64,000 nucleotides of DNA, taken from assembly GCA_032718475.1 (NCBI GenBank), contig JAUCBJ010000341.1, forward strand, positions 9,069 through 73,068, read 5' to 3'. Below are positions 1 through 12,170 of the stretch, one piece after another (positions within the stretch are counted from its first letter, which is position 1; every line of letters starts with the position of its first letter). Both the position numbers and the translations under genes were made by a program. Source of the DNA: Nemertoderma westbladi. Its lineage: Eukaryota > Animalia > Xenacoelomorpha. The notes beneath the pieces are model-generated. The model was not told the origin of the DNA. It saw nothing but the letters and a program-made list of their open reading frames with translations, and did no database searches.

Positions 1-199
1 TGATACAGTACTGTTACCCATCTGAATAGTAATAATAATAAATACATAAAACTGTATTTATTAATTATTGGTGTTTAGCGCGGAAAATTCCCTCTATTTC
101 GGGATCTTGGTCTCGTAGTCACAGAAGAACCCGTATTATTATCGTATAGCGGATGTGTCTGATTTTCTATTGATATATTTCCTTGTTTTCATCTTTCAG

Positions 200-497
200 G
201 TCTCTCGGGGTTCTCATTTACGTGATTCTCAGCGGTGTCAGCCCATTCCTCGACGAATCCCTCGAAGAAACCCGTCTCCATATCGTTATGGTCGACTACA
301 GCTACCCAGAGGAATATTTCCATCACGTGACCAACCAGGCACGATCCTTCATTAGTCAGCTGTTGCTAAGGGACACGAGTAAACGCCTGTCCTCTAGCGA
401 GGCCCTTAATCACCCCTGGATACGCTATTCTAAACCTTCTCATAAACTCTTAAATACAGAGAGACTGGCTGGCTTTATTGAGAGAAGAATGCATACG
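200..497 (+). CDS. trio: Penultimate coding exon of a Trio/Kalirin-like gene (C-terminal Ser/Thr kinase domain)
   Basis: Acceptor ttttcatctttcAG|G at 198-200; donor ACG|GTacgt at 498. Translation (W)SLGVLIYVILSGVSPFLDESLEET...KRLSSSEALNHPW...LNTERLAGFIERRMHT resembles the Trio/Kalirin kinase tail (SGVSPFLD.S.EET...RL..FIERR). Confidence 0.8.
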
Positions 498-861
498 GTA
501 CGTTGTGTTGGTACGGTTGACTGAAGTGTTACCTTGGTTATTGTCCAGATAATCATAACAAATTGTATCAGTATCCGATTTCGAATCTAATATATCCAAT
601 TCCGCTTAAATACTAATGATGGGCCTTCGGTCACGTTTTAGAATGATCTTCACGTGTGATAAATGTTAAGCGACGCATTGTACGTCATGTGTTGCAATAA
701 ATATATCATGTCTCACAATGGCCTTGACTTGTCACAGTGTATGTTAGGTGTGTCAAAATACGGATCAAGTATCATTATGTCCGTTAAGTGTCACATTGAT
801 GCAGTGTTTCATCGTTTCTATTATCGTTTGCATTTTAAATTTTAAATATTTTATTTCGCAG

Positions 862-900
862 CAAAGTGATTTGACAGCTATGCCACCGTTCGCCACATAA
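862..900 (+). CDS. trio: Probable terminal coding exon of the Trio-like gene (QSDLTAMPPFAT*)
   Basis: Acceptor ttttatttcgcAG at 860-861 is in phase with the donor at 498. The joined reading is ...RRMHT-QSDL, comparable to Trio RRKHQNDV. TAA at 898-900. Confidence 0.6.
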   Translation, partial: QSDLTAMPPFAT

Positions 901-2663
901 CACAGCGCCATTAAACGGCACCATCCGATACCCTCTACGTTGTTAATAAGTCATACAGTGCGCTTATTGGCTGACAAAGACTAATGATTCGAATACAACT
1001 GCTATTGGATGAAGTTAACGATGTGATAATGAGCTGGAAGCACATCGCATACATTCTTGCCATTCATCAACAACTAATTAATTAATTAATTATTTATTTT
1101 GACAATAATGCTTAAAAACTACTTAATTTACTGTCTTTATTACTCGTAATATCATTGTTGATGTTTGTTTTATATCATTTAATTTATACATTTATATACT
1201 TTACACTATTTCCGAGGTAGTATACAGTTAGGTAGTGTGGTGATGTATAATAGGAATAAAAATATCAGTATTCATAAACTGTTACTAAACTTAGTTCTAG
1301 CTTATTTGTAGCAGTGCCGGTACTTTAACTTATGTTTATCAAAAAGCTTTCAGTTTCAACTTAAGGTCGGTAGCTATGCCCCGCATGTCTCTATGTTTAC
1401 TGTTTTACTTGTACTGGTAGTCTACATTAAAACCCATTAATTTTATTGGTCACTAAAAAAATTCCTGTTTTCCATTAAATTTGTTTCGTTATCAAATATA
1501 TATTTCCTCCACTCAATAATTTAATTATCACTAAAATATATTTTCATCAAAAATAAATCTGTTACGGCCTGTTGTAATAAAATCCCTTCATTATTTAGGT
1601 TAGAATAACGTGGCACTGTAACCTGCCCTTGCCCACATTTTAGCAATAATTTATAATTAATAGATTTAATGTTAATTAATAGATTTTAGTGGAAACTGAA
1701 TATTTTAGTGATTTCCTGTTAAAATTATAGTGAAAAATTATTATTTTTAGTCAGTTAGTAAGGCGATAAATCAATTGGCTACCATTATCGAATACCATTA
1801 TTTACATTCGGTAATAGAGATGAAACTAATGAAGTGGGAACGCTACCGCTTTTTTATCTTGCGAAAGTTCGCGAATGGTAGAATTCTTTAGCGAAACACA
1901 TTTTTCAACGGACGCGGACCATTCGGCAGCAATCTCACCATTCAAGAATGTGAGCTGAAATTTGGAAATTTAAGTCGGATATATGTTTAAAAAACAACAA
2001 GCTTTATGTCGTTACATTTGACAGTTTCTCTGCAACAACACATTTGCAATGAACACAGAATGCTAGAAAAACAAGAGAGAGTACAGTATAATGTGGGCAG
2101 AGTCGTCAATAACATAATAACCATACTGTATGTATGAAGGCCAATATGCAATAAGTAAGCGGTCTTACCAACTTAGTCACATCGTCATGTGATTAGAAAT
2201 GAAATTTAAGTTACAGCTAATACTAACTTAAGTAAGACTAAATTCTATGAATACGAGTTTAGCAACAACTAGTACTAAATACGGTAGTAATAAGTAGCAC
2301 CAACTTCTCTGAATACCGAATTAGTACAAGCACTTACTAACTTGATGTGACTAAGTTCCTAGTTAGTCACATTTATGAATCGCAATAATTTTTATTGTCC
2401 GTTTAAATCCTTTTTTGTCCTTTTTTTTTTACTTTTTATGTCCTCCAAAAATCTAATGTTAGGTTCCATGCTACCGGTTTCTCTACTGCTGTTCTCTCAG
2501 GCTATCAGTACCGGTATTAGTATATATAGCACTGTTTTGCTGTATTCTATGTACAGATGTAGGTATAAAGCATGCATTTCTGTATTTTAGTACCGGCACC
2601 GGCACCGGTACCTGTGTAGCCTACCATTTAAATACGGTACTGGTAGGCCTACCGGCTGACCGG

Positions 2664-3272
2664 TTGTTTTGGATAGAAAATCCCGCCTCATCTGTAACCT
2701 GCTCCTTTGCCTGATTTGGTAAAGTGACCGTTTATTGTTTTGGTTAGAAAGGCCCGCCTCTGTAACCTACTCCTTTCCTACATTTTGTAAAGTGACTGTT
2801 TATTGTTTTGGTTAGAAAATCCCACCTCTGTAACCTGCCCCTTTCCCTCAAATAATTAAGTGATCGTTTATTGTTTTGGTTAGGAAATCCTGCCTCTGTA
2901 ACCTGCTCCTTTCTCTCAATTGGTAATGTTATCGTTTATTGTTTTGGTTAGAAAATCCCGTCTCTGTAACCTGCTCCTTTCCCTGATTTGGTAAAGTGAC
3001 TGTTTATTGTTTTGGTTAGAAAATCCTGCATCTGTAACCTGCTCCTTTCTCTCAATTGGTAATGTTATCGTTTATTGTTTTGGTCAGAAAATCCCGTCTC
3101 TGTAACCTGCTCCTTTCCCTCAATTAGTTAAATGATCGTTTATTGTTTTGGTTAGAAAATCCCGCCTCTGTAACCTGCTCCTTTCCCTGATTTGATAAAG
3201 TGACTGTTTATTGTTTTGGTTAGAAAATCCGGCCTTAACCTGCTCCTTTCCATCAATTGGTAATTGTTTTTG
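2664..3272. repeat. 68-bp tandem repeat, about 9 copies
   Basis: Unit tttattgttttggttagaaaatcccgcctctgtaacctgctcctttccc... recurs at 2731, 2799, 2867 and onward. Confidence 0.9.
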
Positions 3273-3755
3273 GCTATAAAATGAGTGTTTTGCTACGTCA
3301 TGTGGTAATCGATTATCGACAACAACCACAAACTATTAAATTTACAGTCTTTTACCACAGGCGCATATGGAAATCTATCTCATAGTCTATAAATCATGGA
3401 ATCATGGAATGTTTTGGCACAGGCATAGTGAAACCAACTGTCCGACAGACCAGAAATCAACAAATTTTGAATGTTTTGCATAGGCATGTTGAAATCAACT
3501 GTCTGACAGTCCAGAAATCAGCAGTCTGACAGTTTGAAGAAATACATATATAAAAAGTCATTAAAAGGACAATAAAAGTCATTAAAAGGACAACAAAAGT
3601 CATTATGCACAATTCGTAAAAAAAGGAGGACAAAAAAAGTCAAATAAAAGGACATAAAAAATCACTGCCTTTATGAATACCGCCCCAGGTGACACCTTGA
3701 TGGTAAGAGGTTGCTACGCCGGGCTCATGGCATAAAATACAATGTGTTAGCTTAA

Positions 3756-4891
3756 CCCTTTCCCGACCAGGGATCTAAAATTTAGTGCCCGCCAGTGCTC
3801 CAACATTTTAGAAAAAAATATTATTGTAATTTAGCTGTGCATAACTTCGGTTGTGGTGGACCTACGAACTCAGTTTTTAGTTTTTTAGAATCAACATAGA
3901 ATTGTGAACATTAATATTATAATTAATAACAAATTAATTCACAGCAATTCACAGCTTGTGAGTTTGGTAATTACCAAAACCGCCAGGGCACAATCTTGGT
4001 TTATCGTAAAAAATAGCAGAATACCGTAAAATAGAACACATACAAATCTGATTTTCTTTAATGTTTTGTTATTTACCCAGCAGACCCGACAACATAATCG
4101 TAAATAAAATAGTGCAACATTGTTGTATACCGATATCGAGATGTAATTTTATCCAAAATGATCAGTTTATACTCTCTCGTGATGAACAGTGGGTGTTTGT
4201 AGGCTTCCAGTTGTATCGATAACATCACTGCAACCAACCGTCAGACTGCAGTGTCATCAGAGTCTTCTTGCGCATATGCAATATCACGCCGCCCCAGTCC
4301 CAGCAGGTCTCATATATAGATATATAACAAATCAGTAGGCCCTACCAGTATCACTGTCAGATTCTCTATCGGAATCGGAACCAGCAATCTCCAATCTCGG
4401 AATCATCATTCTCCCTCACTGTTATCGTTTTATCCCTGCATGCTTTATTCCGTCATTGTTTGATTGTCGGTGTCGTAATCATCATCCTCATTCTCGATCT
4501 CGTAGCCCGCTCCTTGGCGGATTCCGCTAGTCTCGGTACAAACTTGACACTTTACATGAAGTGCGCAGCTAGACATTACAGCAGTATGCAGTAATAGTGC
4601 CTTACTTTTGTAGCTGTACTTGTATTGTTGAGCTGTACTGCTGTAGCAGTGCCGTAATTCCGCATTTTCAAATTTATGTTGCTAGGGCAGACTGGTCTGG
4701 TAGGCCTACTACAGTACTATAAAATTATATTTTTTTTACTTATTAACTGCTCCAGTTGCCTATAAAACACACCAGTTTGTGTTCCAACGTCATAGGAATG
4801 CCTAAATGTCAGTATAAAACCCATGGACTACCATGTAGTCCATGGAACAGTCCCTGCATGTACTACCATGTAGTCCATGGTCGGGAAAGGG
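3756..4891. mobile_element. Non-autonomous piggyBac-like DNA transposon
   Basis: TTAA (3752-3755) followed by TIR CCCTTTCCCGACCA; matching TGGTCGGGAAAGGG at 4878-4891 followed by an imperfect target site (ttttaa). No intact transposase. Confidence 0.7.
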
Positions 4892-6264
4892 TTTTAAACA
4901 AATGTTGTAAGATCTCGGTAGTGACCGAGAATAGCCAACAATTCCGTGAACCACCTTGAAGACAGTATAAACACACGTAGCTGATCATTGTAGATCCATC
5001 GGTAGTAGATTAACTGATTAGTTTGTGCAACATATTGTTCTATGCCACCCGGCTGGAAAGAGAAATATGTATAGGCCAGTCATTGGCATTCTTAAAAAGT
5101 CTGCTAAAAGTCAATGGTTTTGAAAATATTCAGATGAATTTATGAGTTATAGGTCATGATGTTTCTGTTTCATTTATCTGTCATGATGTTTCATTGCGTT
5201 CATGGTGCGGTTGCGGTTGCGGCGATCCTGTATTGCTTCCTAACGGTGTGGCCGATCTATAATGTATGTTTTCCGATAATTATTGTTTATTATAATTGCA
5301 CACATACACAGACAAACTCGTCCACTGGTAGTTAGCTCGGCGTACGCTGACTCGTCCCACAATTATCTATGTCTATTATGATTATAAAAAGACAAGAGAT
5401 CTAGATATCTTTTCAGCCGAATATTTGACATATCGAATTTATGTAACTATCAATATGATGTATGGTGACCCCTTAAGAACATTCAATGTTATTTTACGAA
5501 ATAAGTTGTTTGATTTGACATTATTATCCTACATAAGTGAGACATCTGATTAAATCGTAATAGAATATTATAAATGAGGGTCGGGATAATATGTCGCAGT
5601 ACAGTATTTATAACCCAGACATATCGGCTCTCCTGCCAGAAATATTAATCCGGCTAGAATAATATCTACTTTTTTTCTTTGGCATGTATGGGTAAACTCC
5701 AGCTCTATTTGAAATCTATTTAAATCTATGTTTGTAACCTGTGTTTGCCGACCCCAGCAAATCTATGTTTTCTCTAGGTTTATGCAGGGTGATGCTTGAT
5801 TGCCACAACGGGATGGAAGTATCGCTTTGACAATATGGCATCAAACATCGGCCTTTAGGATGTATCGCCGGCGCCCTCTAGAACGCATCGCCTCCTTACT
5901 CACGATCGGCCCTAACTCCCCGACTCATCTGCATTATCATGTCCAGTGACTTTCAGAAGATGTTTTATGTCAATTATTGCTGGCATTCTATGTTTACTCT
6001 CAACAGCCAGCTGTCATAGAATTATAATACAAACGCTGATCTGTTCTACGGTAGCAGTTGCTCATCCGTCGTTCCTGCAGGGTGGTACTTGGTTTTGGAA
6101 ACATGATTAGATATCAGATTGTACAATGCCTTTTTTGTTAAGTGAACATTGTATATTATGCCATGAATACTGCGTAGCAACCTGTTGTATGTGGGGCGAG
6201 CCACGAAGTTGGCGGAGCCTTAGCGAATTGACACTGTTAGGGGGTGGGTCAATTTATGCAAATA

Positions 6265-6288
6265 GTTGTCGTCGTCGTCGTCGTCGTT

Positions 6289-6336
<48 letters not shown>

Positions 6337-6378
6337 GTCGTCGTCGTCGTCGTTGTCGTCGTCGTCGTCGTCGTCGTT
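6265..6378. repeat. (GTC/GTT)n microsatellite
   Basis: Read directly; it explains the poly-Arg and poly-Asp pseudo-ORFs. Confidence 0.95.
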
Positions 6379-7381
6379 ACGATTTTGACATGCTAATAAC
6401 TTTGTCGGGTTTAAAGCTGCCAAGTTGAAAATTTGTAGGTATCAATATGAGCAAAAGTTGAGATTTTTGAGAGACTTTCAGACACCATCAGTGCAATGGT
6501 CTCCCGCTAGAGGGCCACATGTCTAAACATTAAATGCCCTCCCATTTCTTTGCTTTTAATCCGTTTAAGCTGAAACTTGGCAGATATGTATTAGACCATT
6601 AGCTGTGACTTTCAAAGGAGGCGAATCCATCTGCAGTTCTCCAGTCTGCCGCTAGAGGGCCAAAGGTCTGAAAGTGAAATCGTTGTCGTCGTTACGATTT
6701 TGACATGCTAATAACTTTGTCGGATTTAAAGCTGCCAAGTTGAAAATTTGTAGGTATCAATATGAGCAAAAGTTGAGATTTTTGAGAGACTTTCAGACAC
6801 CATCAGTGCAATGGTCTCCCGCTAGAGGGCCACATGTCTAAACATTAAATGCCCTCCCATTTCTTTGCTTTTAATCCGTTTAAGCTGAAACTTGGCAGAT
6901 ATGTATTAGACCATTAGCTGTGACTTTCAAAGGAGGCGAATCCATCTGCAGTTCTCCAGTCTGCCGCTAGAGGGCCAAAGGTCTGAAAGTGAAATCGTTG
7001 TCGTCGTTACGATTTTGACATGCTAATAACTTTGTCGGATTTAAAGCTGCCAAGTTGAAAATTTGTAGGTATCAATATGAGCTAAAGTTGAGATTTTTGA
7101 GAGACTTTCAGACACCATCAGTGCAATGGTCTCCCGCTAGAGGGCCACATGTCTAAACATTAAATGCCCTCCCATTTCTTTGCTTTTAATCCGTTTAAGC
7201 TGAAACTTGGCAGATATGTATTAGACCATTAGCTGTGACTTTCAAAGGAGGCGAATCCATCTGCAGTTCTCCAGTCTGCCGCTAGAGGGCCAAATGTCTG
7301 AAAGTGAAATCGTTGTCGTCGTTATGATATTGACATGCTTATAACTTTGTCGAATTTAAAGCTGCCAAGTTGAAAATTTGT
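6370..7381. repeat. 315-bp tandem repeat, about 3.2 copies
   Basis: gttacgattttgacatgc recurs at 6376, 6691, 7006 and, diverged, at 7321. Confidence 0.92.
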
Positions 7382-8266
7382 TTTGTTGAAAATCAGTTCA
7401 ACAGTCACCCGCTATAGGACTACTTTATGCCTGAAAGTGAATAGATTCTCCCGTCTCATTGATTTTAATCAGTTTAAGCTGAATCTTGCCATATATTCTG
7501 GACTACATGCTGCGTCTTTGTGGGGGGGGGGGGGGGGGGGGGGAGATTTAATCGGTCTGCCGCTATACGACGAAATTTCTGAAAGTGAGATCCGTCTCTC
7601 ATTTCGTTATCCGTTATTCAAGATGAAACTTGGCCGATGTACGTATGTACTATTCATCCATAGGCTGTGTCTTTGTGGGGCTGGAGACCCTAATCCATCT
7701 TCAGTTCTCACTATGCCGCTAGAGTCAGAAATGTCTGAATAGAAATGAAAGAGGTAAAAAGTGATTAGGCGAAATCTGCTTAAAATTTGCTAATACAGTA
7801 ATACTTTCGAATTAGTACTTAAATTAAATTAAGTCACGTGCTGCGCGAAGGCCCCACTTCGTGTACCATCAATGTATTGGATGTCTTCTGCATCAAGAGC
7901 CCATAATTAGGACTGCAATTATATCGTACTGTATTGGTGGTTTTCCTCTTCGTATAGGCCTATTACCACTTGATGGTTGTGCTACAACGCCAACTATATT
8001 AGGTTTCTTCTGTTCTAGAGACAAATGTTGTGGAACCATAAAACTATGAGTGCTGAAAGTGGTCATCATTTTTATCCTATTGATCTGACCAGTCTTGTAG
8101 TCAAACTGTCAGCTTTAGTTTAAGTCAAACAAAGCCGCATATAATAATTGTTTCTGCATCATCGCGTCTCTACTGCACAACAAATTGTGATTGTGTGTTC
8201 TAATTGTCTATGTTCTAATTGTGTGTTCTAATAAATTTGCGGTAAATGACACGTTCGTAATATATA

Positions 8267-8321
<55 letters not shown>

Positions 8322-8323
8322 AT

Positions 8324-8543
8324 GCACCACGGAGCAGGCGTTGGAAGGGCTAGATATGACCCCAAAAGCCTGGATGGTCATCCAGTACTCCACCGGTTTC
8401 TGGTTGAGGTCTCCTTCAGGCCACCACAGAAATCTCAGGCTGTCTCTATCTCTATCCAGCGCCTTGACTTGTAAGAACATTCCTTCTATATCGGAGGCGA
8501 ACGCGATGGAATATTGTCTTAATCTTAAAAGTATTCCCAACAA
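8324..8543 (-). pseudogene. Isolated BEL/Pao RT fragment between (TA)n and (GGAC)n
   Basis: LGILLRLRQYSIAFASDIEGMFLQV...FLWW...FGVISSPSNACSVV; homologous to 9791-10010, with mostly synonymous differences. Confidence 0.9.
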
Positions 8544-8544
8544 A

Positions 8545-8994
8545 GACGGACGGACGGACGGACGGACGGACGGACGGACGGACGGACGGACGGACGGACG
8601 GACGGACGGACGGACGGACGGACGGACGGACGGACGGACGGACGGACGGACGGACGGACGGACGGACGGACGGACGGACGGACGGACGGACGGACGGACG
8701 GACGGACGGACGGACGGACGGACGGACGGACGGACGGACGGACGGACGGACGGACGGACGGACGGACGGACGGACGGACGGACGGACGGACGGACGGACG
8801 GACGGACGGACGGACGGACGGACGGACGGACGGACGGACGGACGGACGGACGGACGGACGGACGGACGGACGGACGGACGGACGGACGGACGACGGACGG
8901 ACGGACGGACGGACGGACGGACGGACGGACGGACGGACGGACGGACGGACGGACGGACGGACGGACGGACGGACGGACGGACGGACGGACGGAC
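8545..8994. repeat. (GGAC)n microsatellite, about 450 bp
   Basis: Read directly; it explains the GRTD/RPSV pseudo-ORFs. Confidence 0.97.
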
Positions 8995-9010
8995 TTTGTA
9001 TATTTTTACT

Positions 9011-10014
9011 TGGTACTTTACTGGCCCTTCCCATAGAACTCTCATGGAAAGATTACCGAAAGATCAGGTATATCAAGTAAGAGAATGGGAAGTTGAGAGC
9101 AGTGAGTTAGACGATCCAACTGAGGGAACACCATACTCCTCAGATAACGACGATATCCACCAACTCTTTGACGAGGAGAATACCATTGATCTCCTTAAGG
9201 AAAACGAGACTTGGCAAAACCAAGTGAACTTATGTCAGCTCCTTCGTCCATCAGAACGAGACGACTATAACGACGAACTGAATGACGTCATTGAACGTTA
9301 TAATGCCAAAACTCGGGATGAACACGCCGTACGATTCTTTACTCAAGAGGCTGTAGAGCCCAATTCCTACGATAAGGCCCTATCGATAGAAGAAGAAAGA
9401 GCCAAGCAGATCCAAGAGACAACTACACGTTTTCTTAAAGATCAAGGTAGATATGAAATCGGTCTACCTTTCCGAAAGCGAGAACCAAAGTTCATAAACA
9501 ACAGACCCTTGGCGGAGAAAAGAATCGCTCAACTACATCGACGCCTTACGGCAAATTCTTCAGCTAAAGAAATGTATCAAACGCAGTTGAAGAAATTTAT
9601 TAGCAAGGGATATGCGGAGCGAGTACCGGAAGAAACACCTATAACTGAGAGAACGTATTATTTAACTCACCATTACGTTCCCAAACCCGGTAAACCCCAT
9701 GAGGTACGAGTAGTGTTTGACGGCTCCGCCCTCTACATGGGCCAATCCCTTAATTCCGAATTGTTACCAGGACCTAACTTACTCCAATCCTTGTTGGGAA
9801 TACTCTTAAAATTACGACAATATTCAATCGCTTTCGCCTCAGATATAGAAGGCATGTTCTTACAAGTCAAGGCGCTGGATAGGGATCGAGATAGCCTACG
9901 ATTTCTGTGGTGGCCTGAAGGAGACCTCAACCAGAAACCGGTGGAGTACTGGATGACCATCCAGGCTTTTGGGATAATCTCAAGCCCTTCAAACGCCTGT
10001 TCAGTGGTGCGCAC
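9011..10014 (+). pseudogene. BEL/Pao copy B, left pol fragment (N-terminal half of RT), cut by insertion of copy A
   Basis: GRYEIGLPF, YYLTHHYV, VRVVFDGSA, SLNSELLPGPNLL, DIEGMFLQV, FGIISSP. It ends at CGCAC (10010-10014) and resumes on the minus strand at 33455. Confidence 0.9.
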
Positions 10015-11268
10015 TGTAAAAGCTTCTGTGGGATGTAACTGGCCCTTTTGCTTCGCAATCCAGTTTCCCCCCTAGGCGCTGGAATACTCTAAAAGGCTCT
10101 ATAACCATATATATATTCCCCTCGCCCGCAAGGTACCGTTATAGGTGTTTTAACGGACATAAAAGTCATTCTGCTATATACGTGTTTTGGCGGACATGGT
10201 AAGGCAAAAAACCTGCAATGCACCAAATACCTTTCACAGCTTAGCCGTGATGATTCATATTACGACATCTAACAGCTGGTTGCTGACATGGAAACAGCCA
10301 TTGGCCACATGGTTCTTTGTTTAGCTTAAGCCAATCAGAGCGATTTCTTCTGTCGATGTGGAGCTTTCGGCCGATCATACTAGGAGTGTTCAGTCTTACT
10401 GTTTTGGTGATACTGTTGTGTTATTGCTATCTAGGCCAGGAACACCGGCTCTAGAGTCAACTCGGTTTCATACTTTAGAAGAAACATTAGTAGGCTTAAA
10501 TTATAGAGCGTATAACCGTTATCTTATCTAATCATATCAACTGATCGCAATTCAGTTTTACATTATCGGTTCAATATACATTATTATACTGCTATTTACT
10601 ATTGTTTGGTTGAATATTATTTGGAGAACATTTATAAAGAACCCAAATTTCCCAATTTTCTTGATACACTACAGGTTAGAGAGACGGGTTATATATAGCG
10701 ATTGCGACTTATATTATTGTGTATGTAGTGAATTTAATGCTATTTGATAAGCACTACATTGGTCCGTTGCTGTTCTCTTTATATATGATAAAAATCATTG
10801 ACGGTCGGCAAATTAGTGGGCAGTATTGTATGTTACCGGTAGTGTGCATGATTGTGACTGATAACTAAGCATTTCCTAAAGAATGCGCCTCATACGTGAA
10901 TCTTAAGCCTTACCGACTTGCCGTTGTGATTAGTATAAGTCATATCTCTGTTTACCTAGATAGAGCGCCACGTCCTAAAGGAACTGTTAATATTTCCCGA
11001 AAGTGAATAATATTAGTCAGAAATTATTTATTAACGATCAATCGAATAATACAATACAGTAAGCTTACACTGCAATAATAATCTAAGCCCTCAGAATCCA
11101 GCCCCCCGGGTATATCCAGCGGGTGAATGGACGCGCACTAGGCTGGCTTCTGCTAATGTTGTGTTTATTGGTATTAAATATTTGTCATCTTCTAAAGTCT
11201 ATTTATAAACCAAAAGACATATAAATTTTGGCAGGTTAAACTGCTAAAGGTCTTCAAAAGCGCGTACA
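10015..11268 (+). repeat. 5' LTR of copy A (1254 bp, TGTAAAAGC...GCGCGTACA)
   Basis: Near-identical to 22975-23441 plus the reverse complement of 33461-34243 (about 3 differences seen by eye). TG...CA ends. Confidence 0.93.
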
Positions 11269-11279
11269 ATAACGGTTAT
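11269..11279 (+). promoter_or_regulatory. Non-canonical primer-binding position ATAACGGTTAT (candidate self-priming site)
   Basis: No TGG follows the LTR. The exact reverse complement ATAACCGTTAT lies at 10512-10522 within the LTR. Confidence 0.45.
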
Positions 11280-11329
11280 TGACTTTATTGCAGTAAGCAA
11301 TAAAGTTGAAAGTACCGGTCAACCGGTAA

Positions 11330-12170
11330 ACCTGAACCGGTACTTCTGTAGGTCAGTAGGCCCAACTGCCAGAACCGGTACTGCTGTAGGTCCGTAGGTC
11401 CAACTGTCAGAACCGGTACTTCTGTAGGTCCGTAGGCCCAACTGTCCTAACCGGTACTTCCAGTATAAGTACATTAGTATTATTCGATTTTGATTATTGT
11501 ATACCGGTAGGTCTTAGTATTTAATCAGGGACTGCAGCCCTGGTTTTTTATTGAGATTTTACTCATTTCTGTCGGTTTTATTTACATGTAAGTTAATATT
11601 GAGCTGAAGACGTGTAAGTCTGCTCAGATTGTTCAGATAATTGTAGGCCGGACTGTTGTTAGATTGTTGTTGAGTTTGGAGAGATTACGGCGTGTGTAGA
11701 GTTTGTCCGATAGAGTGCCAGTTAGTAAGTTGGGGCAGCCATAGCTGTAAGGTCAATCCCCTCTTAAAGAATAAGTCGTACTACCGTGTTAGAACGCATA
11801 CTAACTAACAATTTTGGAATCTGCACATACTGTAGTTTATTTAGGCTTGACAGTATTCTGCCAGCGCTTTGGCCTGTGTTTGTTTGTGTGGTCTGTTCAG
11901 GTACCGTAATAGTTATTACTCAGATATTTTGTAGGCTGGATTGTTGTCTAGCTATTATTAGGTCTGAAGAGATTGCTGCTTGTGTAGAGTTTGTCTGATA
12001 AAGTGCCAGTTAGTAAGTTGGGGCAGCCATAGCTGTAAGGTCAATCCCCTCTTAAAGAATAAGTCGTACTACCGTGTTAGAACGCATACTAACTAACCGT
12101 TTTGGAATCTGCACATACAGTAGTTTATTTAGGCTTGGTGGTAGTCTGCCAGCGTTTGGTCTGTATTTTG
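11330..12170. repeat. Direct repeats in the copy A leader (about 40-bp x3-4; about 290-bp x2)
   Basis: aaccggtacttctgtaggtc.gtaggcccaactg recurs at 11335-11460. The block gtgccagttagtaagttgggg...ttaggctt occurs at about 11715 and 12003. Confidence 0.8.

Larger units (their letters stand above)
6190..7864 (+). mobile_element. Non-autonomous element, Helentron/DINE-like architecture, bounded by TGT (copy 1)
   Basis: 5' TGTGGGGCGAGCCACGAAG, then (GTC)n and internal tandem repeats, then 3' CGTGCTGCGCGAAGGCCCCACTTCG-TGT. The same termini occur at 27571-29147. Confidence 0.7.
6000..8110 (-). pseudogene. RTE-like LINE 3' relic, interrupted by the 6190-7864 insertion
   Basis: Removing the insertion and leaving one TGT restores minus-strand IDGTYNRLLRSIHGI..HLTKKALY, like the RTE C-terminal motif LDG.Y.R.LR. 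QPSSGNRPIRRGKPPIQYD lies at about 7920-7985. Confidence 0.5.

Noticed and set aside
2200-3690. Harbinger-like element around the 68-bp repeat (end TTATGAATACCGCCCCAG)
   Set aside because: Only one plausible terminus found; no matching TIR or TSD.
6126-6428. Poly-Arg and poly-Asp ORFs
   Set aside because: Translations of the (GTC)n microsatellite.
8341-9045. GRTD/RPSV repeat ORFs
   Set aside because: Translations of (GGAC)n.
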